From Eukaryota sp. GEM-RC1 (taxonomy: Eukaryota): a stretch of DNA of 64,000 nucleotides. Below, one piece after another: positions 23,133-36,198 of the stretch. The notes under the pieces were generated by a model. The model did no database searches, was not told the DNA's origin, and was given only the letters and a program-made list of their open reading frames with translations. The position numbers and the translations under genes are program-made. The first letter of the stretch is position 1. Each line of letters starts with the position of its first letter. The stretch lies in the NCBI GenBank assembly GCA_040285855.1, contig JAUFOQ010000001.1:1426001-1490000 (forward strand). The letters run 5' to 3'.

Positions 23133-23699
23133 GAATTTTTTTCTCTTAGTAAACCGAAAAGATTCTCAAGAAACCGTTTTTGTTTAATCACAAGAGGAAA
23201 TAAACCACAGAAGAATATTGCATAGACGTCAATTACTAGACATGTCAAAGGTTTCACTAAATGTAAATCTCAACTTTTATCAAAATTCCTGGTCGACAAG
23301 AGTTTTGTGACACAGGAGTAGATAGCGTAATACAACAAAAAAGTGTAACATTTCTCACCTAGACTTAAACCTGACTAGAATTATATTTTTATAACATGAC
23401 TGAAAACTTAGTCGCTGTAATTCCAAGCTTGATAAGAACAGCCCGGAACAGAGTGTCTTCCGTTGCTCGCTTGAGCAAAGAAAAAATTGCTCAATTGAAG
23501 AAAGTCAACAATGGTCCGAATACATAGTCATTTTGCAATTTTATTATATTATCTATTACATTTCATCTTATTATTTCATTAATAATAGCTAGTGATGATT
23601 ATATATTTTATCGCAAAAGAAAGTCTATTATTCAGCTAAGACAGACTGCAGTTGAGGCTTTGTTACCTATGTAGATCTATAGATATCATATTGCTTCCA

Positions 23700-24752
23700 T
23701 CCATCGTTGGACAATATTATTGAACAGTCGTACCTCATATGGTTTTTCAAAACCATATTTAGTAACTGAATTCGGTCAAGATGAGCAAAACTGGGAGCAA
23801 TTCTTCGGACTCTTTTTAAATGACCCAAAAAAAAGTTTCAATTTCGATTTTGCTCAGGGCAATAAGGTGGTAATTTAAAATAGTACACCCCAGCCTTCCG
23901 CATTGCCTTTGAAATATGATGATGGATGTGAATCCGACAGCCATCAAGTACAATACAGTTTCTAGGTCCACCGGTTGTACTTAGGAAGCCTTAACGAAGG
24001 AGAGAGAGAAAAACCAATAAACTGGTGCCGGTCAAAGTGACCTTCCTGAATGTGAGCATGAACAAAACCGTTGACACCCATTGCCACACAGGCTGATATC
24101 TGTGTGTATCACATAGGCTGTACTTCATCATATACGGGACATCCTCTTGGAGACCACGCTTTTAAACGAACAAAGACATCGCTTTTAAACGTTACTTCGT
24201 CTATGAATAATAGTTGTTCTCGGACAACTGGTTTTATATAAAAGAGGATCGTTCTTTCGAACCGTTCAATTAGTTCGCGTTTTGCTCTATGTACGAGTGC
24301 CTGACACTTTTTGTACATAAATCCAGCACGGACAAGGGCACGATGTACTGTTGAAGGGGATACATCCAAACCCCTATTGTCTCTCAACATATCTATCATT
24401 TCATTTAGATGACGATGCATTGTTATTTAAGACGTCTTTTATATACTGGATATCATCAACCGAGAGTTTTCCATTGTGGTGTTCATCAGCAGGATCTACA
24501 GGAGAAAAAGCTTTGAACAGTCACCTAGAAAGGGTTGATTGATCAATAAGAAAGAACTGAGCAACTTCTGCTTGGGGTTTCCTAAGCCATAAGTATGTAT
24601 ATATAGCACGAATTTTATTATCTTCTGATGCATGACAATTGAGATTACGTAAGTCAATCGCTGGGTCTAGTAACATTTGGAAGGTATATCACATTGGAAA
24701 TTTTTGTGAGGAGAAGATTTTGAAATGAAGTCAGTGACTTTGCACACAACTG
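23700..24752 (-). mobile_element. Second Tc1/IS630-like DD34E transposase pseudogene
   Basis: AEVAQFFLIDQSTLSR HTH, LLFIDE, IVLDGCRIH..LPPYCPEQN.IE; Tc1-type end TA|CAGTTGTGTGCAAAG at 24752. Confidence 0.85.
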
Positions 24753-25285
24753 TAGCCATACAATCAGGGAAATCACCATTTCCACTATAAATAACAAAAC
24801 TTTCTTTCATTATTCTGGCTTGATATCAACACTAAGAAAAAAATGAACAGGAACAAATCCTTGATGTGTCGATATATTCGCTTAATATTGATTGTAGATT
24901 AGAACTTAGCCTGCTGTAAATCACTTTCCCTGTACAAGTCGTGTAAGCCAACATGATCTACATTGTATATAATGTGCAAAAACAAGCTATATGTGGTTGT
25001 CCAGAAATTCAGGTATCGTTATAGATGGAACGGAATCTTACACTAGAAAGTTTTTAGTAAAACAGTTTGGAATGTGCTGGTTCTGGTTCTCTTTGCTGTT
25101 AATAACCTTCATCACTTCTTCAATTGAAAAGGTTTGACATTCAAAATGATGTCATTTCTGTCGATTGACTTCTTTTGAGTTCTTGCAATCTAAATTACCC
25201 AGACTACAACCAATTGAACTTAACATTATGATAAAATTTACTCAAGAACTTTTTCAATAGTCAAATAAGAACAAAACGTGTCACA

Positions 25286-27890
25286 ATGACTCTAATGTTG
25301 TTGATATCTGATGGTTTCAGTGACCAAAGTTCTGCTGATGTAAATGATGTCCAACAATACTTGGGAAATGTTGCTTTTATGGCCCCTGAAACCATCATGG
25401 GTCGGTGTACAAAAGCTAACTTCAGTACAGACATATTTGCCTTGGGAGTACTTTGCTGGTCTCTCTTGACGAATACTGATCCCTCATCTGCTGCTCCTAA
25501 TGATTGCTTACTACAAGTTCAGCGTGTCAATCATCATGGAAAGGCTCTCATTGATATCGAGGTACTGAAGCACACTTGGAAACCATTGATCAGATCAATG
25601 ATCAGCATTGATGCTGCAGATCGACTTGATATTACTGACATTCTTCCTATTGTCCGTTGTTTTATTAAGAACAAATATCCCGTTGAATTTCCTGTCAAAA
25701 TGATTCTTGAAAATGGATCATCACTTGAATTTGCTGTTGTTTCTGGTTCAAAACTGTCTGATCTCAAGGCCTTGGTCAAGTTACAAACAGGAATCCCTCA
25801 GTGTGAACAAGTGTTTGTAGACTTGTATTTTCCTGCCGTTTGCGTTCTTGAGGACAACCATGTACTCAAATCATGTCGCAGATCTTTTCGCTTATTCAGA
25901 TGCAAACCGACACCAACTAATGGAAAAATGACAATATTTGTTAAGAATTGGAAGACTAAGAAGTTTGTCCGTCTTAGAATGGATACTAAAGCTTCTCTGG
26001 TTGATTTAAGATTACTTTTCAGACGGGAGTATATGCAAGATCCTGAAGAACAACGGATTCTGGCTCCAGGACTCAATTCTGGTAAACGTATGTTGCGAGG
26101 GAAAGGAAATCTTGAAGATCTTGGGGTTCACCACTTGAGCTGGTTATGGTTAGATGAGAAAATGTTTGATGAAGAACCAGCAATCCAAGTAAGAACACTC
26201 ACTGGAAACACATTTGCCTTGGACGCTACTCCGAGTATGACGATAGAGGACTGCAAGCTCATTATTGAAGACCATGAAGGAATCCATACTGACCAGCTGA
26301 GACTGATATATGCTGGCAGGCAGTTAGATAGTAGTCATACACTGTTCGAGTATGGAGTTTCTAAAGATTCCGTTTTCCACTTAGTTCTAAGCATTCTTGG
26401 AAAATACAACTACTGTATTTTTTTGTATTTTTGTATTTTCTGTATTTTTTGTATTTTCTCAGACTCGATAAATACTGTATTTTTTGTATTTTTTTAAGCT
26501 GAAAATTTTGTCCACTGCTACGTGTTGGTCGGAATTTTGAACCATATTAGACACCAATTGGTCTAATCTTGACCATCAAGAGTCAAAAGAACGAAATGTG
26601 TTTCACACCCAACATTGAATAGTTCTCTAGACCTGCACTTTAATTTGTATCAACTGTACAAAACAGGTAACACTAGTGTTTAACTTTTTTTAACTACAAA
26701 TGGAGGTATGAGTATGCACTTATACTAATTGGATTGTCATAGATCTCGTGTTGATGTACTTCTTCTCGAAAACGAAGCAGTTTTTGATGATGACAATGAA
26801 GATAGCATGTGTAACTGTGTTTTCTTGGAAAAGAAATTGCAAGTACAGTAGTTCTTCTTGATGAATATAATAATTGTTGTTGTCACAAAATCGTCTGATG
26901 ATGGAAAATAACCCAATCCTGTTGATGTTTTTGGAGAATCTCACCCCGTGGAATGGTTTAAAAAGTGTGTTGGACAGGCACCTTCTCAGAAAAGACGGCA
27001 AACTAAATAATGGCTTCCTGGTATTTGTTCAGGTATTTGTGATGTTTTGTTATGTTTAGTTTGGTTGTGAAACCCATATAATTTTAGTCATTGAAATTTT
27101 TAAACCGGAAAAGTTCTCTCCATGACTTTTGCCAAAATTGTCTAAGGTCGAGTTATTTTGTATTTTTCTGCATTAAGTGTATTTTTCTGTGTTTCTGTAT
27201 TTTCTGTTATATTTTTTTTAGGAATGACAGTATTTTCCAAGTATGGTTCTAAGAATGATAGGAGGCAAACCTATCATTGTGTTCAGACCTCCACTTGATA
27301 CTACTTGGGAGAACGTTGATGTACAGCTTACACTTGATTCCAATGTTTGGTACTTAACCCATGTCTATCCTTACCCTGATAAAGGAACTTCTCATTCAGT
27401 GGAGTGGAAGAATCTCCGAGTTGATCAAGAAGGTCACATCCATCATCCCCAGTATCCTCCCGTAGCTTCTCTCTTCTGGGAATCAGAGAGTTCTGAAGGA
27501 TATAGTGTATTTGCTGACCAGCTTGTTAATTCAACAGTTGTTCCACGTCAGCAATCAGCACTTCTTTTACACCGAAACTTGCTTGCTTTTGGGTTTAAAA
27601 TCCCAGAAGCTACGGAAATGGTTACGTATTGGCAACCACATATGGAGAATCTCACTTCTTAAAACATTGAACTAGTATTTGTCAATCCAAAACTGATTCA
27701 GGAAATTGCTAAGCTCCAGATTTCCATCAACGAGGACTGTAGTTTACCAATCTATAGATATTTCCTTGTCTTTAGGCCTACTAATAGATCTGTCACTGAT
27801 GGCTGTTTGTGGGATCCTTATGATGGTGAATTTGCTTCAATTGGACAAGTCAATAGTGTTATGGAGTGGGGTGGAATGTGTTTGCCATAG
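25286..27890 (+). pseudogene. Kinase C-lobe fragment, three ubiquitin-like domains and a GG-KPIIV C-terminal domain; split by a hAT element, with an in-frame TAA at 27660
   Basis: GNVAFMAPE..TDIFALG; TGIPQCEQ; VRTLTGNT..EGIHTDQLRLIYAGRQL; rejoined FHLVLRMIGGKPIIVF..LFWE..MEWGGMCLP*. Confidence 0.8.
26392..27245. mobile_element. Non-autonomous hAT element, 854 bp
   Basis: 8-bp TSD GTTCTAAG (26384-26391, 27246-27253); 16-bp TIR CAT(T/A)CTTGGAAAATAC; TGTATTTT subterminal repeats. Confidence 0.92.
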
Positions 27891-27979
27891 GATTTTTCTT
27901 AATGTAGATGTTGTTTAGGATTTAATTTAATAGACAATTTTGTTCAAGATTCTGGTAGGGTATCTCTTCAGGAAGGATA

Positions 27980-28065
27980 ATCCTAGATTAAGTACATGTA
28001 GATGTAATTATTTTCTATTTCCCCTGTGATCTAATAGTATCCATGGACTTGAAGTCGTTGTATAA
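27980..28065 (+). pseudogene. Highly decayed 3' tip of a SPRY-family copy
   Basis: PRLS..NYFLFPL*SNSIHGLEVVV*, followed by a 3' flank (28085-28745) that duplicates 12440-13090. Confidence 0.6.
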
Positions 28066-28754
28066 AGTGGCTAACGTTGTCTTTTTGGGTAAGTCTTCCC
28101 AATTTAGAGCAGCGATTCAAATTCATTTTTGAATTCTTAAGCTAATTTGAGTAGAAGACACCAACTACTAACACTGTCCCTGTTTACATTTATAATCGAA
28201 AACGCTCTTTAAATAATGAACTAGATTCACAAAAAAATAGTGTACCTTTATCAAATGAATTTTAAGTTAATTTATACGTAAGTTGTTTGGTGATGATGGA
28301 CAGAAGGATCATATGATGCTTATCAGTTCTTTTGTTGTCTATGATCTCTTCATGAGTTGTCACAGCTTGTATTCTGATATTATTACATATGCTTATTAAT
28401 TTTTTAGAATATTTAGTGGAAAAAACGTAAGAATTCGGTGTTTTTCACTTCATCAACTATTGTCGAAACTACGTTGTCTACCTAATTAAACAATTTAAAC
28501 AATTTAGTATTCAACAAACATTTGTCATTAATAGACGAAATACAAACTACCAGTGTATTACTTAAAAGATATTAAATGCTTTATGACTACTCTTGAGCCA
28601 CCACGATACAATTTGTCCAGTATACGATTCAACTACCTGGAGAATTGTCTAAACAAAAAAAACAATGCGATTGTGCCAAAGTGTTGGATTACAAGTTGTT
28701 CTTAGATCAATGCACAATTTTGAAAAGATCAAAGAAGTTTCACTATAATGCTTA

Positions 28755-29080
28755 AGATCAGAAAAGCAACTGGTGACAGAAAATTAACTGATCAACAATA
28801 CAACTTAAGAGCCCAAGAATTCCAATTAGTGGTCGATCAACTTGATTGTTATCACACTGATTTAGCTATAATCGCAAATGAAACACTAGCGCCTTGGTGT
28901 CCTGTTGATAGAACAACTTATACTGAACGTGGTACGAGAAAGATTTATATTCAATCAGAAAATGATAAACGTGGTTGTACGACTACTCTAATAGTTACTA
29001 AAAGTGGTGAATTGCTGCCAGCCCAAATCATCTGGACGAGATTAACTGAAAGATCCATTCCAAATGGATTCTGCATTTGA
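28755..29080 (+). mobile_element. pogo-like DDE remnant (third copy of the repeated block)
   Basis: Near-identical to the 5690 and 14560 blocks. Confidence 0.65.
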
Positions 29081-30149
29081 GGAGACAGATCCTCACATTA
29101 AATTCGTCCAGAATGTAATAGAAACTATTTTCATGGTCTAACAAATAAGTTGTAACATGTACTCGGTTCAAAACAGCATCGATTCTGGTTTTTAAATTTC
29201 TTCATATTTCATTTCTTTCGTCGAGTTAACATGTTTTAGACATCCAACAGGAAAAAACTCTAAACTTGAACCCATTGATCCTTGTCAAAGTACGTAACTC
29301 GTGTCTACACTGAAGTCTTACAAGAAATGCAATCATGAAATATATAGATGCGTTGCCAAAGATCACACACACATTTTGTTGGGAATGATTCCATTCGAGT
29401 ACAAAAACTTTGAAGGAGAATCTGTCTTCTTAGAAGGCATCGTATTGGTTGGAGCTTTTAATTACTGATGTATTAGTTCAATAATATGTCGTGTAATATA
29501 TATTTGGCAGTCCCTGGTTATAGCTTCCTTACGCTGATGTTATTACTGATCCACCAGTTTGTCAATGTCGTGTATCCCCTCAGTTACAATTTGTTCCTTG
29601 TTGTTATTATACTTTGTATTGTTTTTAGTATTGTTTGCTTGTATCTCGAAAAGAAGAAGAAATGTCAGTGTTGAAGTCCAAAGACTTCGAATTGTAGATA
29701 TTATTCCCATTACATTGTACACGGGCCAACAATATGACTTAATTTAATTGACAAAGTAAATATTAAACAATTCAAATCATTAAGAATTCCACAGGGATTA
29801 TGTTGGGCCAGATGATAGATAATGTAAAACGACTTTTCCTTGTTAAGTCTGGAAATAATGGTAACCAAACATGCTGAATCCAACTGAATATACATAAATT
29901 GTTTCAATTTGACTGGAATATGTGAAGTTAGAGAAGTTGTCGTAGATACATTGGCTGATTCTCAATTTGAACATTGGATGTAAAAACAGAATCGTGACCA
30001 GAGAAGTACTACTTTACGGAGCGAACAAATGAAAACATACATCCACCCGATGTCCAAATATAGTTATAAATACGGAAAATCACCATTTCCCAATTACATA
30101 CTGAAAATTTCTTTCAATATTCTGGTTTGATATCAAAACTATCATTTAA

Positions 30150-30600
30150 AAAAACAAATGAACACGTACCTCAGGTTAAAAAGATCTCAAAAAGAACTAA
30201 AAGATTTGTTCAAATTCTCCCCACATTAATTCCAATTCTCAAAATAAGTGAAAAACAATTAAAGAAACTATTCAACTCTAAATTTCTCAATGAAGAAAAC
30301 AGACTGTACCTCTACTACAAAGAGATGAGCAAATGAATGTAATTGAGGTCGGTTTTGATGCAACACATGAAACGTATTTGATTGAAGAAACAAGTTGACT
30401 GATTGATGAGGAGATTCGATGGTTGTCATAGCCAACTTGTGAAAGAATGATGACAATTCTTGCTTCAAATGACGAAGAACAAAGAAACGTCTCCATGATT
30501 GAGGTTGAGAGAGGACTTTAAATTCAAGCAAGTGGAGATTGATCAGTGATAATATAGACTACTTGAAACGAAAGCAATTGGAGTAAAAAGCAAGCAATGA
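30150..30600 (-). pseudogene. Decayed LRR-gene 5' end, head-to-head with copy E
   Basis: Near-identical to 9280-9760. Confidence 0.75.
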
Positions 30601-30823
30601 GAACCAAGCAGACAGTGTATCAGAGCAATGTTGCGGGGAGGAGATACCATAAGAAGAAGAAACATTGAACACTTAACCGGTAGTAAGTGTTACATTATCA
30701 TCAAATGAATGACTACTCTTCAGTGGATGTTCAGGATTAGACATGTAGTTTTGTTAAAAGGCCACAAGAACATTGGTCTCCCATTTTAGTCTCGTTAACT
30801 TATCTCCTTTTCTATTGCTTCTA

Positions 30824-32413
30824 ATGTCATTCTCTCTGCCCTCAATCGAAACTCTTTCCATCATTCTAGATGAACCCTTCCTCTCTAACCAAACTATAAC
30901 ATTTGGGGAAGAATCTATTGAAGTTAATAAGTTCGTACTAGCAGCTCATTCCACGTACTTCCGATCCCTCTGGTTCTTGGAGTTTGGGGATAAGCTCGAG
31001 AATCCCATTGACTTCTCACATCTTCTTGTCAGTTCTGACATCTTCTTCCTTTTCATCAAGTCCTTCTATGAACGAGCATTCACGCTGAGCGAGGACAACG
31101 CTTACGAATTCTTTTACCTCGTCCACTACTTCCAAGTGGACAAACTTATTCATCACGTTGAAAACCATCTAAACACTCATCTCGTAACCTGGGCTTGGTT
31201 AAAACCATTCATTAAAGAAGCAGATGAAAGGAATGACTTGAGAGCTCTGGAATTCGTTGGTCCTTTCTTTTCTAAGATTGATGACCTGTTTGTTGATGAC
31301 GTGATGGCAATCAGTACTGAAGGGTTTAAAACTCTTGTAAAATACTGCACTTCCACTCAATCGCAATCGTGGTTCATCAAATCCATGGTGGAATCAATAT
31401 TGAATCAAAGTTTCGATTTGAATGATCTTTTAAACGTCTTAAATTCTTGTTCAATTGAAGCCTTTTCTTTTCAACAATGGGATAAGTTTCTGTTTGTTCC
31501 TTTAAAAGATGTTGAAGAATTGGAAGTCGATTTGATGAAGTTTTTGTTTAAAAGAGTTAAGAATCTTTATTTCGACTCGTTGGTGAAGGAAAATTCTGAA
31601 TTGAAGGAAGAAGTATCTGAATTAACAATCAAAATTACTGATGTAGAAAGTAACAATTCTGAGTTAAATTCACTTAATACTGATTTAACAACAGAAGTTC
31701 AAGTCTTGAAGACCGAAAATTCTGGTTTATCCAAAGAAACTCTTGATTCGAAAACAGAAATCTCTAATTTGAAATTAACAAATTCAAACTTATCCATGAA
31801 AATTTCTGGTTTGACAACTGAAAATCAGACTTTGACTTCTACAAACTCTAACTCACTTAACGAAATCACTCAATTAAAACGAGAAATTGAACAACTGAAA
31901 ACGACATCTGCAGCAACTCAACTGGTGCCTCAATCAACAATGATTAGATTCTCGCAAACTAGGAAACATTCTCAGTTACAAGTTAGTGGGGATAGAAAGA
32001 GAGTTGTTATGAAAAGTTGTGGTAATGGGGATAGAAATATCTTGGGAGAAGATCCACTTCTTCCAGGTAATGTGTATACTTGGAAGTTGAGGTACCATGG
32101 GTATTTTTATAATCTGTTTGTTGGAGTCATTGACGAGACAAAGTTTAATGTTGGGGATTGTGAAATGCATGCTCACTGTTGTTCAAATAGTGGTGGTACC
32201 ATTCGTGGTTGTCTCTCAGGAACTAAAACTCAGTGGAATCCTGGTGAATTACTCGAAATCAATGCAAATCTAATTAATTACATTTTAACAATCAAATCCG
32301 TGGGTAATTCTTCAATTAATCTTGCTGGGAATCTTCCCAGATTAAGTAGTGGTAATTATTATCCATTTGCTAGGTTATATAATAGTAATCATGTCCTTGA
32401 AATCGTTGAATAG
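30824..32413 (+). CDS. BTB-CC-SPRY copy E
   Basis: Intact ORF with the same architecture. Confidence 0.88.
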   Translation: MSFSLPSIETLSIILDEPFLSNQTITFGEESIEVNKFVLAAHSTYFRSLWFLEFGDKLENPIDFSHLLVSSDIFFLFIKSFYERAFTLSEDNAYEFFYLVHYFQVDKLIHHVENHLNTHLVTWAWLKPFIKEADERNDLRALEFVGPFFSKIDDLFVDDVMAISTEGFKTLVKYCTSTQSQSWFIKSMVESILNQSFDLNDLLNVLNSCSIEAFSFQQWDKFLFVPLKDVEELEVDLMKFLFKRVKNLYFDSLVKENSELKEEVSELTIKITDVESNNSELNSLNTDLTTEVQVLKTENSGLSKETLDSKTEISNLKLTNSNLSMKISGLTTENQTLTSTNSNSLNEITQLKREIEQLKTTSAATQLVPQSTMIRFSQTRKHSQLQVSGDRKRVVMKSCGNGDRNILGEDPLLPGNVYTWKLRYHGYFYNLFVGVIDETKFNVGDCEMHAHCCSNSGGTIRGCLSGTKTQWNPGELLEINANLINYILTIKSVGNSSINLAGNLPRLSSGNYYPFARLYNSNHVLEIVE

Positions 32414-32576
32414 AGTTCATAACATTGTCATTGTGGGTAAGTTTCCTCATTTAAAGTAGTGATTTTAATTAATTTATGAATTCTGAAGCTAATGAAACTA
32501 AAAACTCCAGTAAGCGGTTCATTTTGTCTATATTTGGACAAAAACTAAAAGTACAATTTGTGGAATTTGAGAAGTA

Positions 32577-32666
32577 CAGTCAACTACCGAATAGAGCCCG
32601 GACTCTGATTTATAGCCCCGAAAAATTATCTAGAGCCCCTCCCGCATATGGCTCTGTTCGGTAGTT
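32577..32666. mobile_element. ~90-bp pogo-like mini-element or hairpin
   Basis: TA|CAGTCAACTACCGAATAGAGCC with inverted GGCTCTGTTCGGTAGTT; right terminal bases missing. Confidence 0.5.
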
Positions 32667-32859
32667 TTTTTATGATAATATGTACAGAAAAGAGTAAAAA
32701 GGGTCTAATTTTTGTAGTACATAAACTGATCTACTAATATTATGCAACAATATCTTCTGCAATCAATTCCAAGGGTAGTAATACTGTAACTTCAGGATGT
32801 TCTCCAACACCTTCTCTGCCGAAATTGTGACGTTGAATAGCATGACTATATACTGAGTT

Positions 32860-33200
32860 TAAGTACTTTTGGTTTGCATTTGTCTCCAAAGCCTGGAAAA
32901 TAAACATGTGCTTACGCTTAAGTTTCTGATCTACTACATTGCTCGCCAATTCTGATTGTGTATGTATCAATCTCCGCACGTTTTTACGTGTCGTGAATTG
33001 CCTGCCATTTATTCAAATTTGTTCTGTGATCCATAACGATGCCAGAGATGATATATTTGCATTTAAAACGTTTAAAGTTCATGGATTTCATGTGAAAGTG
33101 GATACTTTATTCTGCAAGTTCAGTCTTGATCTAATTATTAATCTCCGTTCAAGTGACCTAAATTGTCAGTTCAATGATTCCTGTCATATCATCGTTGATG
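32860..33200 (+). mobile_element. CRE-like zinc-knuckle remnant
   Basis: CVCINLRTFLRVVNCLPFIQICSVIHNDARD..FKVHGFH matches CVCGSSLASFHHVVNCHKFIHLRSIIHNSLRD..FKSNGFH. Confidence 0.75.
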
Positions 33201-33469
33201 TAATACACATATACAAATAAGTCTACTTCCATAATTGATATAATTAATTTTGGATAGTACTATACATTAAAAAATTGTTAGTATTGACCAAACAGTAATC
33301 AATCGGCATATTTGAGTGTATTGTTGTGTTATATTGTTGTACACACGAATAGATTATTTTTGTACCCTGTCTATAGATGCTTGAACTAAAAGGCATTGTG
33401 ACGCAGTGTTATAAATGTACCAAATCAGGAAAACAAATCAAAAGAAAAATTCAACAACTATCAGTTATT

Positions 33470-34110
33470 TGATGGACTTCTCAAAACTTCGTGCGGACCA
33501 TTTAGACGACCTCAAGACTTCCTTATATGAGCGCTGTATCGCTACCGGCTACGCTCTGAATGTGGGACATTCCTCCTCTGATTACACTTATCTGTTTCCA
33601 ATGTGAGAAGGGCGGAAAACCAAGATGCAATCAACAAGATGGTAAGAACCGCAAAACCGAATGTCCCTTCTCCATTAGAGTTACAAAAACTGCTGAAGGT
33701 TGGTGTGTGTGGTTGATCAAAATGTTTGTCACAAACACGATCCTTACTCCTGCATGTCCGCCAGTAGAAGTTTCCGGAGTTACTTCAAAGAAATCTATCA
33801 AGAAACTATCGAAACTCTTCTACGTGCTAATTGCGAACCGAAAGTTATATCTGATAGACCGCTCTAACTAGAGCCCAATTGCTCTCTTAGAAAACAGCAT
33901 ATAGCTAATATGAAGACTGTTCTCTTGAAAAACACTTCCAGGCTCTACTGGAGCAAATCAGAAGTTTGCCAGACATTGAAGTCAAGACCTTGCTGAATGA
34001 AGACGATGGCTCACTTCGAAATTGGTTTATGACTTATAAGCCAGTTGAAAGTATGATGAACTGCAATCCATATGTTCTAATGATGAATTGTACATACAAA
34101 ACGAACAAAC
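33470..34110 (+). mobile_element. MULE/FAR1-like transposase 5' remnant
   Basis: FQCEKGGKP..RKTECPFSI..GW.V; VLMMNCTYKTNK (D.TYKTN motif). Confidence 0.75.
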
Positions 34111-35399
34111 AAAACTGTTAGTACTGGTACATTACCCTTAAAATAAATTTACTTTTCCCCTTTACATGTTACAAGACAACAATAATTATTGTGCCTCGTT
34201 TGTGGCTCCGAACCCTCTTTTGAAGTGCCACCACACTCCTTATGGTCCCGCCCTTCAAAGAGCAACTACTGCTGAAGGTTCCGTCCTCCCGAGACCCTTT
34301 TTCCCGTTAGCAACCGTTAAAAAGTCGTACAGTAAGACATCTATAGGTTCCACCCCTACGAATTTGAATAAATCCCTGTCTTTGGTAATTATCATAGCTA
34401 TGTTCAACAAGGATTCCGCTCCAGTTGACTGGTTTAATATAGATCACATCCCTCATTTAGACAGAGGAACAACCCCAACTGTGACTCCCATGTCGCAACC
34501 TGGTTGATTCGCTTTGACCCCAACACGAGAGATGATTCTCCTCTTAAAGTCTTCTCCACAAGCCACTCAATTGAGTGAACCTCTAACAAAACATCTGAAG
34601 GGTCCTACTCCCTTGTCATCTCCCAACGGTGATGTCTTGTCAATACCAATTCGAGTAGTTGCTCTAGATCTGCTACAATCCCATCTCTCTCCTTCCAAGG
34701 ATCCTGAGTTGCAGGATTCTGTAGATATTGTCGAACCAGAAGTATCGAGCACTGGTCGGACGCCTATCTCAGGCCCATCTAGCCGTACTCATATTAAAAA
34801 TGTCAGCAACCAGGACATATCGCCGTCTATTGTCCTTTAAAAACCAAACATGAATGTAATCTGGTTCAGACTAATGATAGTGGTCAAACAACTTATTTAA
34901 AAAACCTCTTGCCTCACTCCAAATGAGGAGAAGTAGTGTTGTAGGTGTGTAGAATAGACTGTGTTTTCTTTATAAATCTTCATTCCTTGCTTTAAGGTAA
35001 CATCGTAAATACTAAATTCCTAGATGTTACGAGACAGGTGTCTTCTTCATCTTTTACTGAAGTGGATTGAACCTCGTACCAACATTCCCATATCAATCAA
35101 TCAACCAATGCCACACATCAGTTGAATTGAGCTTCTTTTAGTGGTCTAATCTTTGTTACAATTGGAGAGGAAACCAGTCTTGTTGACGCCAACAAAGGAA
35201 AATAAATTTGAACACGATGTCCAAATATCGTCATACAATCATGGAAATTACCATTTCCCAATTAAATAATGAAACTTTCTTTCACTATTCTGATTTGATA
35301 TCAAAACTAACATAGAAAAGGACAAATGAACACGTGGTATGACGTCAAAAAATGACATTAAAATCAAAGTCTTGTACAAAACATTCAAATCATCGTAAT

Positions 35400-36000
35400 A
35401 ACTCATGTTTAATTGCAAACGTCAAATCTTATCCAAATAAACAAATACATTGTTCAACTCTAAATTTCCTAATCACGTGCAAAATAACAGACACTACCTC
35501 TGCTCTCCAGAGACAAGCAATTAAATTCAATTGGGGAAGATCTTTATAAACCACATGGAACGTGTTTGATTGAAGAAACTAATTGATTGATTGATTAGTA
35601 GATTCAAAAAAACTGTGGCTACCATAGCCAACTTTTTTAAAGAATTAGAGCAAGATAACACTTCTAGCTTCCAATGCAACCGACATTCTCCAGAAGTATG
35701 AAAGAAGGAAAACAGAGTGTACCTACTCCAAAGAGATGAGCAAATGAAAGTAGTTATACAACACATGAAACGTGTTTGATTGAAGAAACACTTAAATTGA
35801 TTGTTGATGAGAATCAAAGAAACTGTAGTACACATAGCCAACTTGTGAAAAGAATGAGTGTAATTCTTGCTTCATATGACGAAAAGCAAGACTAAGATCT
35901 CCAAGATTGACGCTTAGGACTTTAAAATTCAAGCCAGTGGAAATTGATCAAGAACAATACAAACAACTGAAATCGTAAGAAGTTGGATGACGTAAACAAT
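35400..36000 (-). pseudogene. Decayed, internally duplicated LRR-gene 5' end, head-to-head with copy F
   Basis: Two partial copies of the FLQSNTFH/QVGY segment. Confidence 0.65.
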
Positions 36001-36198
36001 GAGAACAAAGCAGACAGTGTATCAGAGTTAGGTTGAGGGGGAGGAGATACTAGAAGAGGAGGAAACATTGAACACTTAACTGCTAGTAAGTGTTACATTA
36101 TCATCAAATGAATGACTACTCTTCAGTGGAGGTTCAGGATTAGACATGTGGTTTTGTTAAAAGGCCACATTAACTTATCTCCTTTTCTATTACTTCTA

